A stretch of 64,000 nt of DNA, taken from positions 470,467-534,466 of the forward strand of contig CAVRGS010000013.1 in NCBI GenBank assembly GCA_963720765.1. Direction: 5' to 3'. Position 1 is the stretch's first letter; every line of letters starts with the position of its first letter. Shown in pieces: positions 29,144 through 37,890 of this stretch. Both the position numbers and the translations under genes were made by a program. Under the pieces are notes generated by a model that saw nothing but the letters and a program-made list of their open reading frames with translations, was not told where the DNA came from and searched no databases. The DNA comes from an uncultured Actinomycetes bacterium. GTDB taxonomy: Bacteria > Actinomycetota > Acidimicrobiia > IMCC26256 > DASPTH01.

Positions 29144-30364
29144 TCAGCGGGCCTTGGTGAAGAGGAACACGCCTCCGGGTGCGCCGCCACCGTTGCTCAC
29201 GACCGCGGTCTCCGCGTTCGCGAGCTGGCGCTCGCCCGCGTGGCCGCGCAGCTGCGTGATCGCTTCGTGGATGAAGCCGTAGCCGTGCAACCGGCCCGAC
29301 GACAGCTGCCCGCCGTGGGTGTTGAGCGGGAGCACGCCGTCGGGGGCGATGTTGGTCCCGCCGTCGAGGAAGTCCTTCGCTTCACCCCAGCCGCAGAAGC
29401 CGAGCGCCTCGATCCACGACAGGCAGTTGAACGAGAAGCCGTCGTAGAGCTGGGCCATGTCGATGTCGGTCGGGCTTGAGGTCGGTGCGGGTCCAGAGGT
29501 GCGCGGCCGGGACCCTGCACGAGCGGCTCGTGGTCGAGCGCGCCCTGGTCCCAGCTCATGCGTTCGGTGATCGCGGTGCCGACCGCCTCGAGGTGCACCG
29601 CCGGCTGCTGCATGTCGCCGGCGAGGTCCTTGCGCGACACGATGACAGCCACGGCGCCGTCACACGGCACGTCGCAGTCGTAGAGGCCGAACGGCGTGGT
29701 GATCGTGCGCGCGTTCATGTAGTCGTCCATCGTGAGCGGTTCCTTGTAGATCGCCCACGGCGTGCGCGCCGCGTTCTTGCGGGCGTTCAAGCGCGATCCA
29801 GCCGAGCGTCTCCTTGGTGGTGCCGAAGCGGTCGAAGTGCGCGTTGGCCTGCATCGCGATCCAGTTGCTCGCCGACGACGCGCCGAACGGCATGCGCCAC
29901 TGCATGTCGCCGCCCATGCGCGGCGACTTCTGCAGCGCGAGCATCCCGGTGCTGGCACGCTCGTTCATCGCGGCGCGTTCCTTCGCCGCGTACGTCGCCT
30001 CCCAGACCGTGCGGTAGCAGAGCACGTGGTTGCAGAGGCCGCCGGCGACCGCGAGCATCGCCGCGATCACCGAGCCGCCCTGGCCGGGGAGCTCGATGCC
30101 GCTGTTGATCCACAGCGGACGGAGGCGCAGCACCTCTTCGAGTGCGGTGATGCCACCCTCGGACATGCCGACGCCGATGCCCGGACCGGGGTAGGTCGAC
30201 AGGCCGTCGATGTCGGACGGCTCGAGGCCGGCGTCGGCGATCGCCTGCAGCGCGGCATCGACGGTGAGGGTGATGGGGTCGACCATCAGCCGACGACCGA
30301 CCTGCGACATCCCGATCCCGGTGATGGCGACCTCGTCCTCGAACTTCTTCGCGTTCTTCGGCAT
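29144..30364 (-). pseudogene. Thiolase-like protein, SCP-x / lipid-transfer (Ltp) type, with three frame breaks
   Basis: The N-terminus MPKNAKKFEDEVAITGIGMSQVGRR... is in frame 29660..30364. The middle NARKNAARTPWAIYKEPLTMDDYMNARTITTPFGLYDCDVPCDGAVAV is in frame 29197..29958. The C-terminus DIDMAQLYDGFSFNCLSW...NTHGGQLSSGRLHGYG is in frame 29144..29458. Breaks near 29788, 29510 and 29470. Confidence 0.83.
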
Positions 30365-30830
30365 CGGGCGCGCAACGCGCGATGTCTCGTCGACGGTCGG
30401 GGAACGGGCCCTTCTCGGTGTCGCCGGTGGGCTCGAACAGCGGGATCCACACGTCCTCGTCGTGCTCGAAGCGCACCTGCACCTTCATGCCCACATACAC
30501 GTCACCCGGTTCGCAGCCGACGATGTTGGTGGTGAGGCGGACGCGGTCGTCTTCCTCGATGGCGACGATCGCGATCACGTAGGGCGGCGGGAAGCTCGGG
30601 AGCCACGTGTGCTCGTTGATGGTGAATCCCGCCACGACGGCGCGTCCCGAGACCTCGGCCGGCGCCCATTCCTGTGAGTGGCAGTACGGGCAGACCGCGC
30701 TCGGCGGGTGGCGCAGCTCGCCGCACTCGCTGCACCGCTGGAACCGGAGCTTCCCGTCCTCACCCGACGTCCAGAAGAACGTGTTGGTGTCGGTGAGCTC
30801 GGGCAGCAGACGCCCGGACGATTCGGCCAC
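30365..30830 (-). CDS. DUF35-type protein (Zn-ribbon plus OB-fold) with its stop codon not identifiable
   Basis: GTG 30830 is preceded by GAGGAG. Zn ribbon is RFQRCSECGELRHPPSAVCPYCHS, and the OB-fold part ends ...VQVRFEHDEDVWIPLFEPT. No stop in any frame lies between the domain end and the thiolase ATG at 30364, so the 3' boundary is arbitrary. Confidence 0.75.
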
Positions 30831-30865
30831 GGTGGCTCCTCGGTGTCGGCGTGGGTCGGAGTGAG

Positions 30866-30913
30866 TTCGGGACGCTACCTGGACTCCAAGGAACCCACTA
30901 CTTTCGGGACGCT
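30866..30913. promoter_or_regulatory. 11-bp direct repeat TTCGGGACGCT (x2) in a divergent intergenic region
   Basis: Exact copies at 30866-30876 and 30903-30913, 37 bp apart start to start. They sit between the DUF35 gene (-) and the SDR gene (+). Confidence 0.35.
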
Positions 30914-30940
30914 CGGAACGAGTCCACGAGGGGGAGACGC

Positions 30941-31792
30941 ATGCCTGCACAGCTCAAGCCGACCGGTGGTCTCGAGGGCACCGGCGTGCTCGTCACCGGA
31001 GGCGGCACCGGCATCGGCGCCGCGTGCGCGCGGGTCGCCGCCGCCGACGGCGCCGCGGTCACCATCTGCGGACGCACCGAAGCGACTTTGCAGGCGTCGG
31101 TCGAGAAGATCAGCGCCGCGGCCGAGCACGGCGGGAGCATCCGCTACGTCGTCGGCGACGTCACCAGCGAGAGCGACGTCGAGCGCATCGTCGCCGCCGC
31201 AGTGGAACCCACCGGGACGCTCGACGGCGTCGTCGCCAACGCCGGCGGCGGTGGCGCGCTCATGCCCCTCGGGATGCAAGACGTCGAGGAGTTCGAGCGC
31301 GTGATGAAGCTCAACGCCACCGGCACGTTTCTCTCCGCGAAGCACTCGCTGCCGTACCTGATCGAGTCGAAGGGCTCGTTCGTGGGCATGTCGTCGTTCG
31401 CCGGCGCGTACACGCACCGCTACTTCACCGGCTATACGGCCGGGAAGGGGGCGCTCGAGCAGATCGTGCGCAACGCCGCCGACGAGTACGGCGCGGTCGG
31501 CGTGCGCTTCAACGCCATCCGGCCCGGCTTCATCAGCACCGAGATCATGGAAGGCATCTCGCGAGAGGGCTCCACCTACCAGAGCTACCTCGTGAACACG
31601 CCGCTCGGCCGGGTGGGGGAGCCCGACGAGATCGCGCACGTCGTGCGGTTCCTGCTCGGGCCCGAGTCGCAGTGGATCACGGGCCAGATCCTCAACGTCG
31701 ACGGCGGCAACAACCTGCGCAGCGGACCCGACTACGGCGAGCTGGTCGTGATGATGCACGGCCCCGACGCGATTCCCGGCGCTTCAGCCTGA
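30941..31792 (+). CDS. SDR family oxidoreductase
   Basis: ATG 30941 preceded by GAGGGGGAG. VLVTGGGTGIGAA and YTAGKGALEQ motifs, ending ...GQILNVDGGNNLR.... Intact 283 aa. Confidence 0.86.
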   Translation: MPAQLKPTGGLEGTGVLVTGGGTGIGAACARVAAADGAAVTICGRTEATLQASVEKISAAAEHGGSIRYVVGDVTSESDVERIVAAAVEPTGTLDGVVANAGGGGALMPLGMQDVEEFERVMKLNATGTFLSAKHSLPYLIESKGSFVGMSSFAGAYTHRYFTGYTAGKGALEQIVRNAADEYGAVGVRFNAIRPGFISTEIMEGISREGSTYQSYLVNTPLGRVGEPDEIAHVVRFLLGPESQWITGQILNVDGGNNLRSGPDYGELVVMMHGPDAIPGASA

Positions 31793-31842
31793 CGCTTCTC
31801 GCGCCGACGTTCGGAGTTGGATCGCGTCTGGGAGACCGAAGG

Positions 31843-32274
31843 ATGGATGAACTCGACCGGGCGCTCGCTGCCGCCCAGGAACGCTATGAGGAGAAGCTTC
31901 GGGCCGAGGCGGACGAGAAGGTCCGGACGCTCGAGGCCATCGCGTGGTTCGGTCAGTGGGCAACCCAGGTCGGCATGCCCACCCTGAATCGTCTCGCCGA
32001 CCGGCTGCTTACGGCCGGGCACAAGGGCGTCGTCTCACCGACGTTCGATCCGAACTCGGTGATCACCGACATCACGTTCACGTTCACCCAGGAGAACGGT
32101 CCCGGGACCTGCAAGATCGACTTTCGCCGAGGCAACGACAAGTCGGTGGCGGTGTTCTTCGCGGTGAACGGCACCCAGGGCACCGGTGGCCGAGTCGATC
32201 CTCCCGATCCCGCGACGGTCGAACGCTGCGCCCAGACGTACGTCATCCAGGCGCTCGACGGCCCGAGTTGGTGA
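31843..32274 (+). CDS. Hypothetical protein
   Basis: ATG 31843 (MDELDRALAAAQERYEEKLRAEADEKV...). 143 aa, a helical N-terminus followed by a compact domain. No motif recognised. Confidence 0.55.
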   Translation: MDELDRALAAAQERYEEKLRAEADEKVRTLEAIAWFGQWATQVGMPTLNRLADRLLTAGHKGVVSPTFDPNSVITDITFTFTQENGPGTCKIDFRRGNDKSVAVFFAVNGTQGTGGRVDPPDPATVERCAQTYVIQALDGPSW

Positions 32275-32299
32275 CCGGCTGAGACTAGGCGGGGCCGGC

Positions 32300-32960
32300 T
32301 CAGTACTTCCCGTTCCAGACGTTGCCGTCGCTCCCGATCACTCCCACGACCTCGTAGTACTTGCCCTGGGTCTCGACCGCGTGCCTGACCGTCGACGGTA
32401 TCGGTGCCCTCGCCGAAGTCGAGCGTCTCCCAGTGCTTGAGGTCCACCGAGCTCCACAACGTCGCGGCAGCTGGTCTTCTTGTTCTCCGGCTTCTCCGCG
32501 TACCCGACGACGATGTAGTAGCCGCGCCCGGTCTGGACGCCGAGCGGTGTCACCGACGTGCGGGTCTTGTCGCCGCTGGCGAACGTGGGATCGTTGACCT
32601 TGTTGCGCGTCCAGTTGACCCCGTCGGTCGAACGCCAGACGACGACGTGGCTCGGCGTGATGAACGTGAGTTGCGTCCCGTTGATGGTCGACGTTCCGTT
32701 CTTCGACTCGTCGCCCACCGCGACGAACCCGTTGTCGGACACGCCGGCAACGCTCTGCATCTCCTGTTGGTACTTCGCGCCCGATCCGAAGGAGCTCTGT
32801 TCGGCCTCGCAGTCCACGTCGCGCGTCGTCCGAGCTCCACACTGCGGCGTGCTTCGTGCCGTCGGTGTCGGACGTCGACCCGACGCCCACGAACACCGGC
32901 GAGCTGCCGCCGGACCGTCCTACCGCCAGGATCCCGCCCTGGGTGGTCACCGAGTCCCGA
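32300..32960 (-). pseudogene. BNR/Asp-box repeat (sialidase-like beta-propeller) protein fragment with at least three frame breaks and an unresolved 5' end
   Basis: Asp-box-like SxDxGxxW repeats (AAVWSSDD, VVWRSTDGVNWTR, LWSSVDLKHWETL) occur successively in the three minus frames. The C-terminus is AVETQGKYYEVVGVIGSDGNVWNGKY-stop at 32300. Breaks near 32820, 32455 and 32385. Confidence 0.5.
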
Positions 32961-33007
32961 GACGCACGCCACTGGCCGGTCGCCGATCTATGCCGACGTG
33001 TCGGACG

Positions 33008-33101
33008 TGTGGCGCACCGACCCGCACAGTCGCGACCGTCCTCCGCTCTCTCGGTGACGCGCCTCTCTGTGACGCGCCGGCGCGCCGGATGTGGCGCACC
33101 G
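33008..33101. repeat. Local repeat cluster: a 12-nt direct repeat flanking an imperfect 17+15-nt tandem duplication
   Basis: TGTGGCGCACCG occurs at 33008-33019 and 33090-33101. CTCTCTCGGTGACGCGC (33046-33062) is followed directly by CTCTCTGTGACGCGC (33063-33077). Confidence 0.8.
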
Positions 33102-33274
33102 GCGTAGCGGCGACGAGAGTCGGTCTCGTCCCAGCGGGCCTCAGCCGGCGGCGAGCTCCCATCGACGAACGTCGATGATCGTCTTCCCTGTGACGGTGAG
33201 TCGAGAAGGCGCAGACGGAAGGCGACGGGCAACGCATTCGACACCTGCGCCAACGGGGGTTCGAGACGGTCCCT

Positions 33275-34102
33275 TCAGCGCACCGCGAGCGTCATCGCCG
33301 TCTCACCGTCGGCGCGGATGGCACGGAGTGACGCCCTCTTCGGCGTCGGCCGGCGCGCCGGCCAGCCAGAACCGACGGTTGGCGAAGTGGGGGGCGCGGG
33401 CGCGGAACGAGATCTCGCGCGCATCTGCCCGCGGCACGGCGGCGCGCGAATTCGGCGAGAAGGATCGCGGTGAGCGGGCCGTGCACGACGAGGTCGGGAT
33501 AGCCCTCCACCTGCGTCGCGTACGGGTGGTCATAGTGGATGCGATGCGCGTTCGTCGGTGACCGCGGAGAAGCGGAACAGCAGCTTGGGGTCGGCGACGC
33601 GTTCCACGACCCACTCGCCGTCGGGCGCGGCGTCGATGTCGGCACCGACGGGCGCGAGCGAACCCGCGGTACGGAACACGAGGTCCTGCTCTTCCTCGAC
33701 GTGGGGCGCGCCCTCCTGTTCGATCGTGTGCCCGACCGTGACCAGCCAGAAGCGACCGGCGCCGCCCTCCTTCATGTCGGCCTTCACGATGCGCGAGACC
33801 CGTTCGGCGTCGATCCCGATGCGCAGCGGCCGGACCACGTGCACCCGGCCACCGACCCACATGCGTTGGGGGAACTCGTCCATCTCGGCGCGCCGACGCG
33901 GGTGACCGTCGACCCCGAGCCCCGCGGTCGGCACCTCGGGGTGGAAGAGCACCCAGTGCCAGAGCGCGGGGAGCAGACCGTGGTCGAGAATCGCGGGGTC
34001 GACGTCGAGGCACGCGGCGAGGCGGCGCGCCTGGTCGAGGGATACGGGATCGTGCGCGATCCCTGCGAACCCGGCGTCGGCGAGGGTCGGTACGGCGCTC
34101 AT
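33275..34102 (-). pseudogene. MaoC-N / FAS1-like dehydratase family protein (acyl-CoA hydratase partner of the CoA-transferase) with three frame breaks
   Basis: MSAVPTLADAGFAGIAHDPVSLDQARRLAA...LLFRFSAVTD is in frame 33530..34102. NAHRIHYDHPYATQVEGYPDLVVHGPLTAILLAEFARR is in frame 33292..33645. AVPRADAREISFRARAPHFANRRFWLAG is in frame 33303. The ending AIRADGETAMTLAVR-stop has TGA at 33277-33275. The start overlaps the upstream stop (ATGA). Confidence 0.68.
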
Positions 34103-35322
34103 CCGACGGCCACGTCGCTCGCGACCACGCCGTCGTCGTGGAGTTTGCCGATCTCACTGGCCGAGAGGTCGAGCACGTCGGCGAGGACCTCGTCGGTGTG
34201 CATGCCGAGGAGCGGCGCGGTCGCAGGCGGAACCGGCGGTTCGGTCGGGAACTTCATCGGAGACGCCGGCGTGCGGAGCACGCCGATGCCGGGGTGGTCG
34301 ACATCGCCGAACACCGGACTCGTCGGTGCGACTCGCCAGTCGTCGTCGAGCAGCTGGGTGAAGGTCTGGTACGGGCCCCAGCACACGCCGTGCGCATCGA
34401 GTGCCGTGCGCACCTCGTCGAGGGTGCGGCTCTCGAACCAGGGCTTGAGCAGCGCGGCGATGCCGTCGCGCGCCCGATAGCGGTCGGCTTCCTTCGTGAA
34501 GTCGGCGTCGAACGCGCGCTCCATCGCCGGAAGGTGCTCCTCGATGCCGGTGGCCTTCACCAGCGTGCGCCACTGGTTGAGGCTGATCGCCACCACCATC
34601 ACACGGCGCGCGTCGCTGGTCGCGAAGTCGCGCCCGAACGCGCCGTACATGTCGTTGCCGAGCGGCGGGCGGTTCTCGTGTGACACCTCGGCCTGGGCGA
34701 GGAACCCGAGGTTCGCCACCATGGTGAACGCGACGTCGGCGAGCGAGATCTTCACCAGCTGTCCCTCGCCGGTGATGTTGCGCTTGCGTTCGGCGGCGAG
34801 GACGGCGATCACCGCGTTCAAGCCGGTGGCGATGTCCCACGCGGGCAGTGCGTTGTTCACCGGGAACAGCGAGCCGACGGGTCCGGTGGCGTTGGCGATG
34901 CCCGACGCCGCGTTCACCGTGTAGTCGACCGCGGTGCTCTCGTCGGGGTTGCCGACGATGTTCACGTAGACGAGGTCGGGGCGGCGGGCGCGGAGCCGGG
35001 CGTCGGCGAGCCACCCCGACTCGGGGAAGTTCGAGAGGAACAGGCCGGCGTGCTCGCCCGGCGCGATGATGAGCTCGGTGGCGAGCTCGCGACCCTCGGG
35101 CTGGGACAGGTCGATGGCGATCGACCGCTTCCCCTTGTTGAGGCCGGCCCAGTAGAGGCTGACACCCTCGTCGGTGACCGGCCACCGCTTGTAGTCGAGG
35201 CCGCCGCCGATGGTGTCGAAGCGGATGACGTCCGCGCCGAGCTGGGCGAGGGTCAGCCCACCGAGCGGGGCGGCCACGAACGCGGATCCTTCGACCACGC
35301 GCAGGCCCGAGAGCAGCTCCAT
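34099..35322 (-). CDS. Family III CoA-transferase (CaiB/BaiF family)
   Basis: Intact. Start taken at ATG 35322 (MELLSGLRVVEGSAFVAAPLGGLTLAQLGADVIRFD...). GTG 35343 is also possible. Confidence 0.88.
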   Translation of the reverse strand: MELLSGLRVVEGSAFVAAPLGGLTLAQLGADVIRFDTIGGGLDYKRWPVTDEGVSLYWAGLNKGKRSIAIDLSQPEGRELATELIIAPGEHAGLFLSNFPESGWLADARLRARRPDLVYVNIVGNPDESTAVDYTVNAASGIANATGPVGSLFPVNNALPAWDIATGLNAVIAVLAAERKRNITGEGQLVKISLADVAFTMVANLGFLAQAEVSHENRPPLGNDMYGAFGRDFATSDARRVMVVAISLNQWRTLVKATGIEEHLPAMERAFDADFTKEADRYRARDGIAALLKPWFESRTLDEVRTALDAHGVCWGPYQTFTQLLDDDWRVAPTSPVFGDVDHPGIGVLRTPASPMKFPTEPPVPPATAPLLGMHTDEVLADVLDLSASEIGKLHDDGVVASDVAVG

Positions 35323-35345
35323 GGTCGACACGTTACGGTGCACCG

Positions 35346-35921
35346 ATGGACAAGCTCCTCTTCTTCTTCCAGCGCAAGGACGGGCTCACGCGCGAGCAGT
35401 TCCACCGGCACTACCTCGAGGACCACGCGCCCCTCGGCCTGCGCGTCACGGTGACCATGGAGGGCTACACCGTGAACCTCGTCGACAATGAGAGTGAGGT
35501 CGACGCGGTGACGGAAGTGTGGACCGCGTCGATGGCCGACTTCTTCGACCCGTCGAAGTCGTTCGACACCGAGGACGACGCCAAGGCGCTCATGGCCGAC
35601 CACGACTCGTTCATCGGGCCGTACGACGCGTACGCGGTGGAGGAGGAGGTCGTGCACGGTGGGCTGCCCGACGCACCGCTCGGCGCAGTCGCGCCCGGCG
35701 CGAAGGTGTTCGTCCGCTACGCCGACGCCGTGGCGGTCCCGCCGCCCCCGGGCGACGCGCTCCACGTCGTGGACCAGCGCGTCGTGCAGCCCGTGATGCC
35801 GGGTTCGCCCGACCTCGCGGTGGTGCGCACGCTCTGGTTGGAGGATCCCGGCGAGGCGGCAGATCTGTGGGCCGAAGGGTTGGTCGCCCGTGAGGTCCGC
35901 TTCAAGCCGCCTTTCGGCTGA
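35346..35921 (+). CDS. EthD domain-containing protein
   Basis: MDKLLFFFQRKDGLTREQFHRHYLEDHAPLG... matches the EthD-type N-terminal pattern. Intact 191 aa. Divergent from the CoA-transferase with a gap of only 2-23 nt. Confidence 0.72.
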   Translation: MDKLLFFFQRKDGLTREQFHRHYLEDHAPLGLRVTVTMEGYTVNLVDNESEVDAVTEVWTASMADFFDPSKSFDTEDDAKALMADHDSFIGPYDAYAVEEEVVHGGLPDAPLGAVAPGAKVFVRYADAVAVPPPPGDALHVVDQRVVQPVMPGSPDLAVVRTLWLEDPGEAADLWAEGLVAREVRFKPPFG

Positions 35922-35937
35922 GCCGGCGCGCCGATCG

Positions 35938-36336
35938 TCACGAGGGCTCGAGCGTGACCCGCCAGTCGTGCGCGGCCAACCGGGCGCGCGTCACGGTGCG
36001 GCCGTCGGCGCGATCGGCGACGAGGAACGTGTAGCTCGGGCTCGACGCGACGTCGCGCAGCGTGAACCGGAGCAGGCACCGCTCGATGCCGCCACCACCG
36101 GCGCGACCTCTGCCGAGCCTGGTGTGCGCGACGACGTGGTGATCGGCGTCCTGCAACCTCACCCGGGTGTCCTTGTGCACGTCGCTCAGGTCGTCGGCGC
36201 CGGCGCAGTCCCCGAGCGACACCCCGCCCCGCACGACGACGGTGCCGTGGATGGTATGAGTCGCGGCGCCGGCGGGGAGCGGCGCGAACGCGAAGACGAG
36301 AGCGACGATGCAGCAGAACACGAACGGGCGGGACAC
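35938..36336 (-). CDS. Secreted hypothetical protein
   Basis: Signal peptide MSRPFVFCCIVALVFAFAPLPAGAA. 132 aa, no recognised motif. Confidence 0.6.
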   Translation of the reverse strand: MSRPFVFCCIVALVFAFAPLPAGAATHTIHGTVVVRGGVSLGDCAGADDLSDVHKDTRVRLQDADHHVVAHTRLGRGRAGGGGIERCLLRFTLRDVASSPSYTFLVADRADGRTVTRARLAAHDWRVTLEPS

Positions 36337-36345
36337 CCGAATGCG

Positions 36346-36825
36346 CTACCCGGACTGGGCGGTCTCCAACCCGTGCTTGCGAGCGAGCTCGGGATCGGCT
36401 GCGGTCAATTTCTGCAGCAGGTCACGCAACTGCCGCTGCTCGGAGGCCGTGAGTGATCCGAAGGCCGACGGTGGTTCCGCCAGCATCTCGAGCGCGCGCT
36501 CGCGCTTGGCGTGACCTTCGGCGGTCAGCACGATCGTCTTCACCCGGCGGTCAGTGGGGTGGGGCTGACGTTCGGCGAGCCCGCGCTCCTGCAGCCCGTC
36601 CGCCAGCGCAGTGACGTACGAGGCGTCGAACCCCCAGCTCTCGGCGAGGTCGCTCATGCGCAACCCACCGTCGCCGTCGGGCGCGCCGAGGTGCACGAAT
36701 GCCTTGAGCAGCGGGGGCGAGAGCCCCAACTCGCTGCAGATGCGGTGGACACGGTCGTGGGCCTCGCCGTCCATGAAGAGGGCGTGCATCGACGCCCATG
36801 CGTCGCGGGCGGCCTGCGCGGTCAC
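36346..36825 (-). CDS. MarR family transcriptional regulator
   Basis: Intact 159 aa with a winged-helix region ...MSDLAESWGFDASYVTALADGLQERGLAERQPHPTDRRVKTIVLT.... Divergent from an ABC exporter operon. Confidence 0.9.
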   Translation of the reverse strand: MTAQAARDAWASMHALFMDGEAHDRVHRICSELGLSPPLLKAFVHLGAPDGDGGLRMSDLAESWGFDASYVTALADGLQERGLAERQPHPTDRRVKTIVLTAEGHAKRERALEMLAEPPSAFGSLTASEQRQLRDLLQKLTAADPELARKHGLETAQSG

Positions 36826-36846
36826 AGGGCCAGTCTAGCAAAACAG

Positions 36847-36887
36847 TTGATGAACATCGAACATTGAGAATCATCAAAACTTGATCA
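36847..36887. promoter_or_regulatory. AT-rich candidate MarR operator(s) with TTGATGA / TCATCAA inverted repeat
   Basis: TTGATGA is at 36847-36853 and its complement TCATCAA at 36871-36877, with a further TTGATCA at 36881-36887. GAACAT is repeated at 36852 and 36859. This is the lowest-GC stretch of the window and lies between marR-like (-) and ABC (+) starts. Confidence 0.45.
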
Positions 36888-36909
36888 GACTCAAGGAAAT
36901 CCGACTAGG

Positions 36910-37890
36910 GTGGCGCCCGTGGCAGCTCCTGCGATCGTGGCCGACGGATTGGTGAAGCACTTCGGTGATGTCGAGGCGGTCAAGGACGTCTCGTTCGAGG
37001 TTCCCGAGGGCAAGGTCCTCGGCCTGCTCGGGCCGAATGGCGCCGGCAAGACCACCGCGGTGCGGATGCTCACCACCTTGCTCAAGCCCGACGGCGGCAC
37101 CGCCCGGGTCCTGGGCGTCGACGTGCGCAAGGACCCGCAGCGGGTGCGGGGGAGCATCGGCCTCGCCGGTCAGTACGCCGCGGTCGACGAGAACCTCACC
37201 GGGCGCGAGAACCTCGCGCTGGTGGGCAAGCTCACGCACCTGCCTTCGGCCGAGATCACCGCCCGGGCGAACGAGCTCCTCGAGCAGTTCGCGCTCAGCC
37301 ACGCCGCCGACCGTGTGTCGCGCACCTACTCGGGTGGGATGCGCCGTCGGCTGGACCTCGCCGCCGCGCTCGTGCACCGTCCCCCGGTCCTGTTCCTCGA
37401 CGAACCGACCACCGGACTCGACCCGCAGGGGCGCAACGAGCTGTGGAGCGTCATCGAGGCGCTGGTGAGCGGCGGCACCACCGTGCTGCTCACCACGCAG
37501 TACCTCGAAGAAGCCGACATGCTCGCCGACAACATCGTGGTGATCGACCACGGCAGCGTGATCGCCGAGGGTACGGCCACGGAGCTGAAGGAGCGCCTCG
37601 GCGCGACCGTGGTCGAGATCACCATGCGCGACGACGATTCCACCGCACGCGCCGTCGACCTGCTCGCGCCGGTGGGCAGCGCCTCGCGCGACGGCAAGCT
37701 CGTGCGCGTCAACGTGCCCGGCGGTGCAGGGCCGCGATCGATGCTCGACGCGGTCCGATTGCTCGACGGTGAACACCTCGATCCCGCGACGATGGTCTTG
37801 CGCGAGCCCACGCTCGACGACGTGTTCCTCGAGCTCACCGGACACAAGACGTCGGACGACGACGACACTGCCGAGGGAGGCACCGAATGA
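36910..37890 (+). CDS. ABC transporter ATP-binding protein (DrrA / ABC-2 exporter type)
   Basis: Walker A GLLGPNGAGKTT, signature YSGGMRRRLD, Walker B LFLDEPTTGLD. Intact 326 aa. Confidence 0.92.
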   Translation: MAPVAAPAIVADGLVKHFGDVEAVKDVSFEVPEGKVLGLLGPNGAGKTTAVRMLTTLLKPDGGTARVLGVDVRKDPQRVRGSIGLAGQYAAVDENLTGRENLALVGKLTHLPSAEITARANELLEQFALSHAADRVSRTYSGGMRRRLDLAAALVHRPPVLFLDEPTTGLDPQGRNELWSVIEALVSGGTTVLLTTQYLEEADMLADNIVVIDHGSVIAEGTATELKERLGATVVEITMRDDDSTARAVDLLAPVGSASRDGKLVRVNVPGGAGPRSMLDAVRLLDGEHLDPATMVLREPTLDDVFLELTGHKTSDDDDTAEGGTE

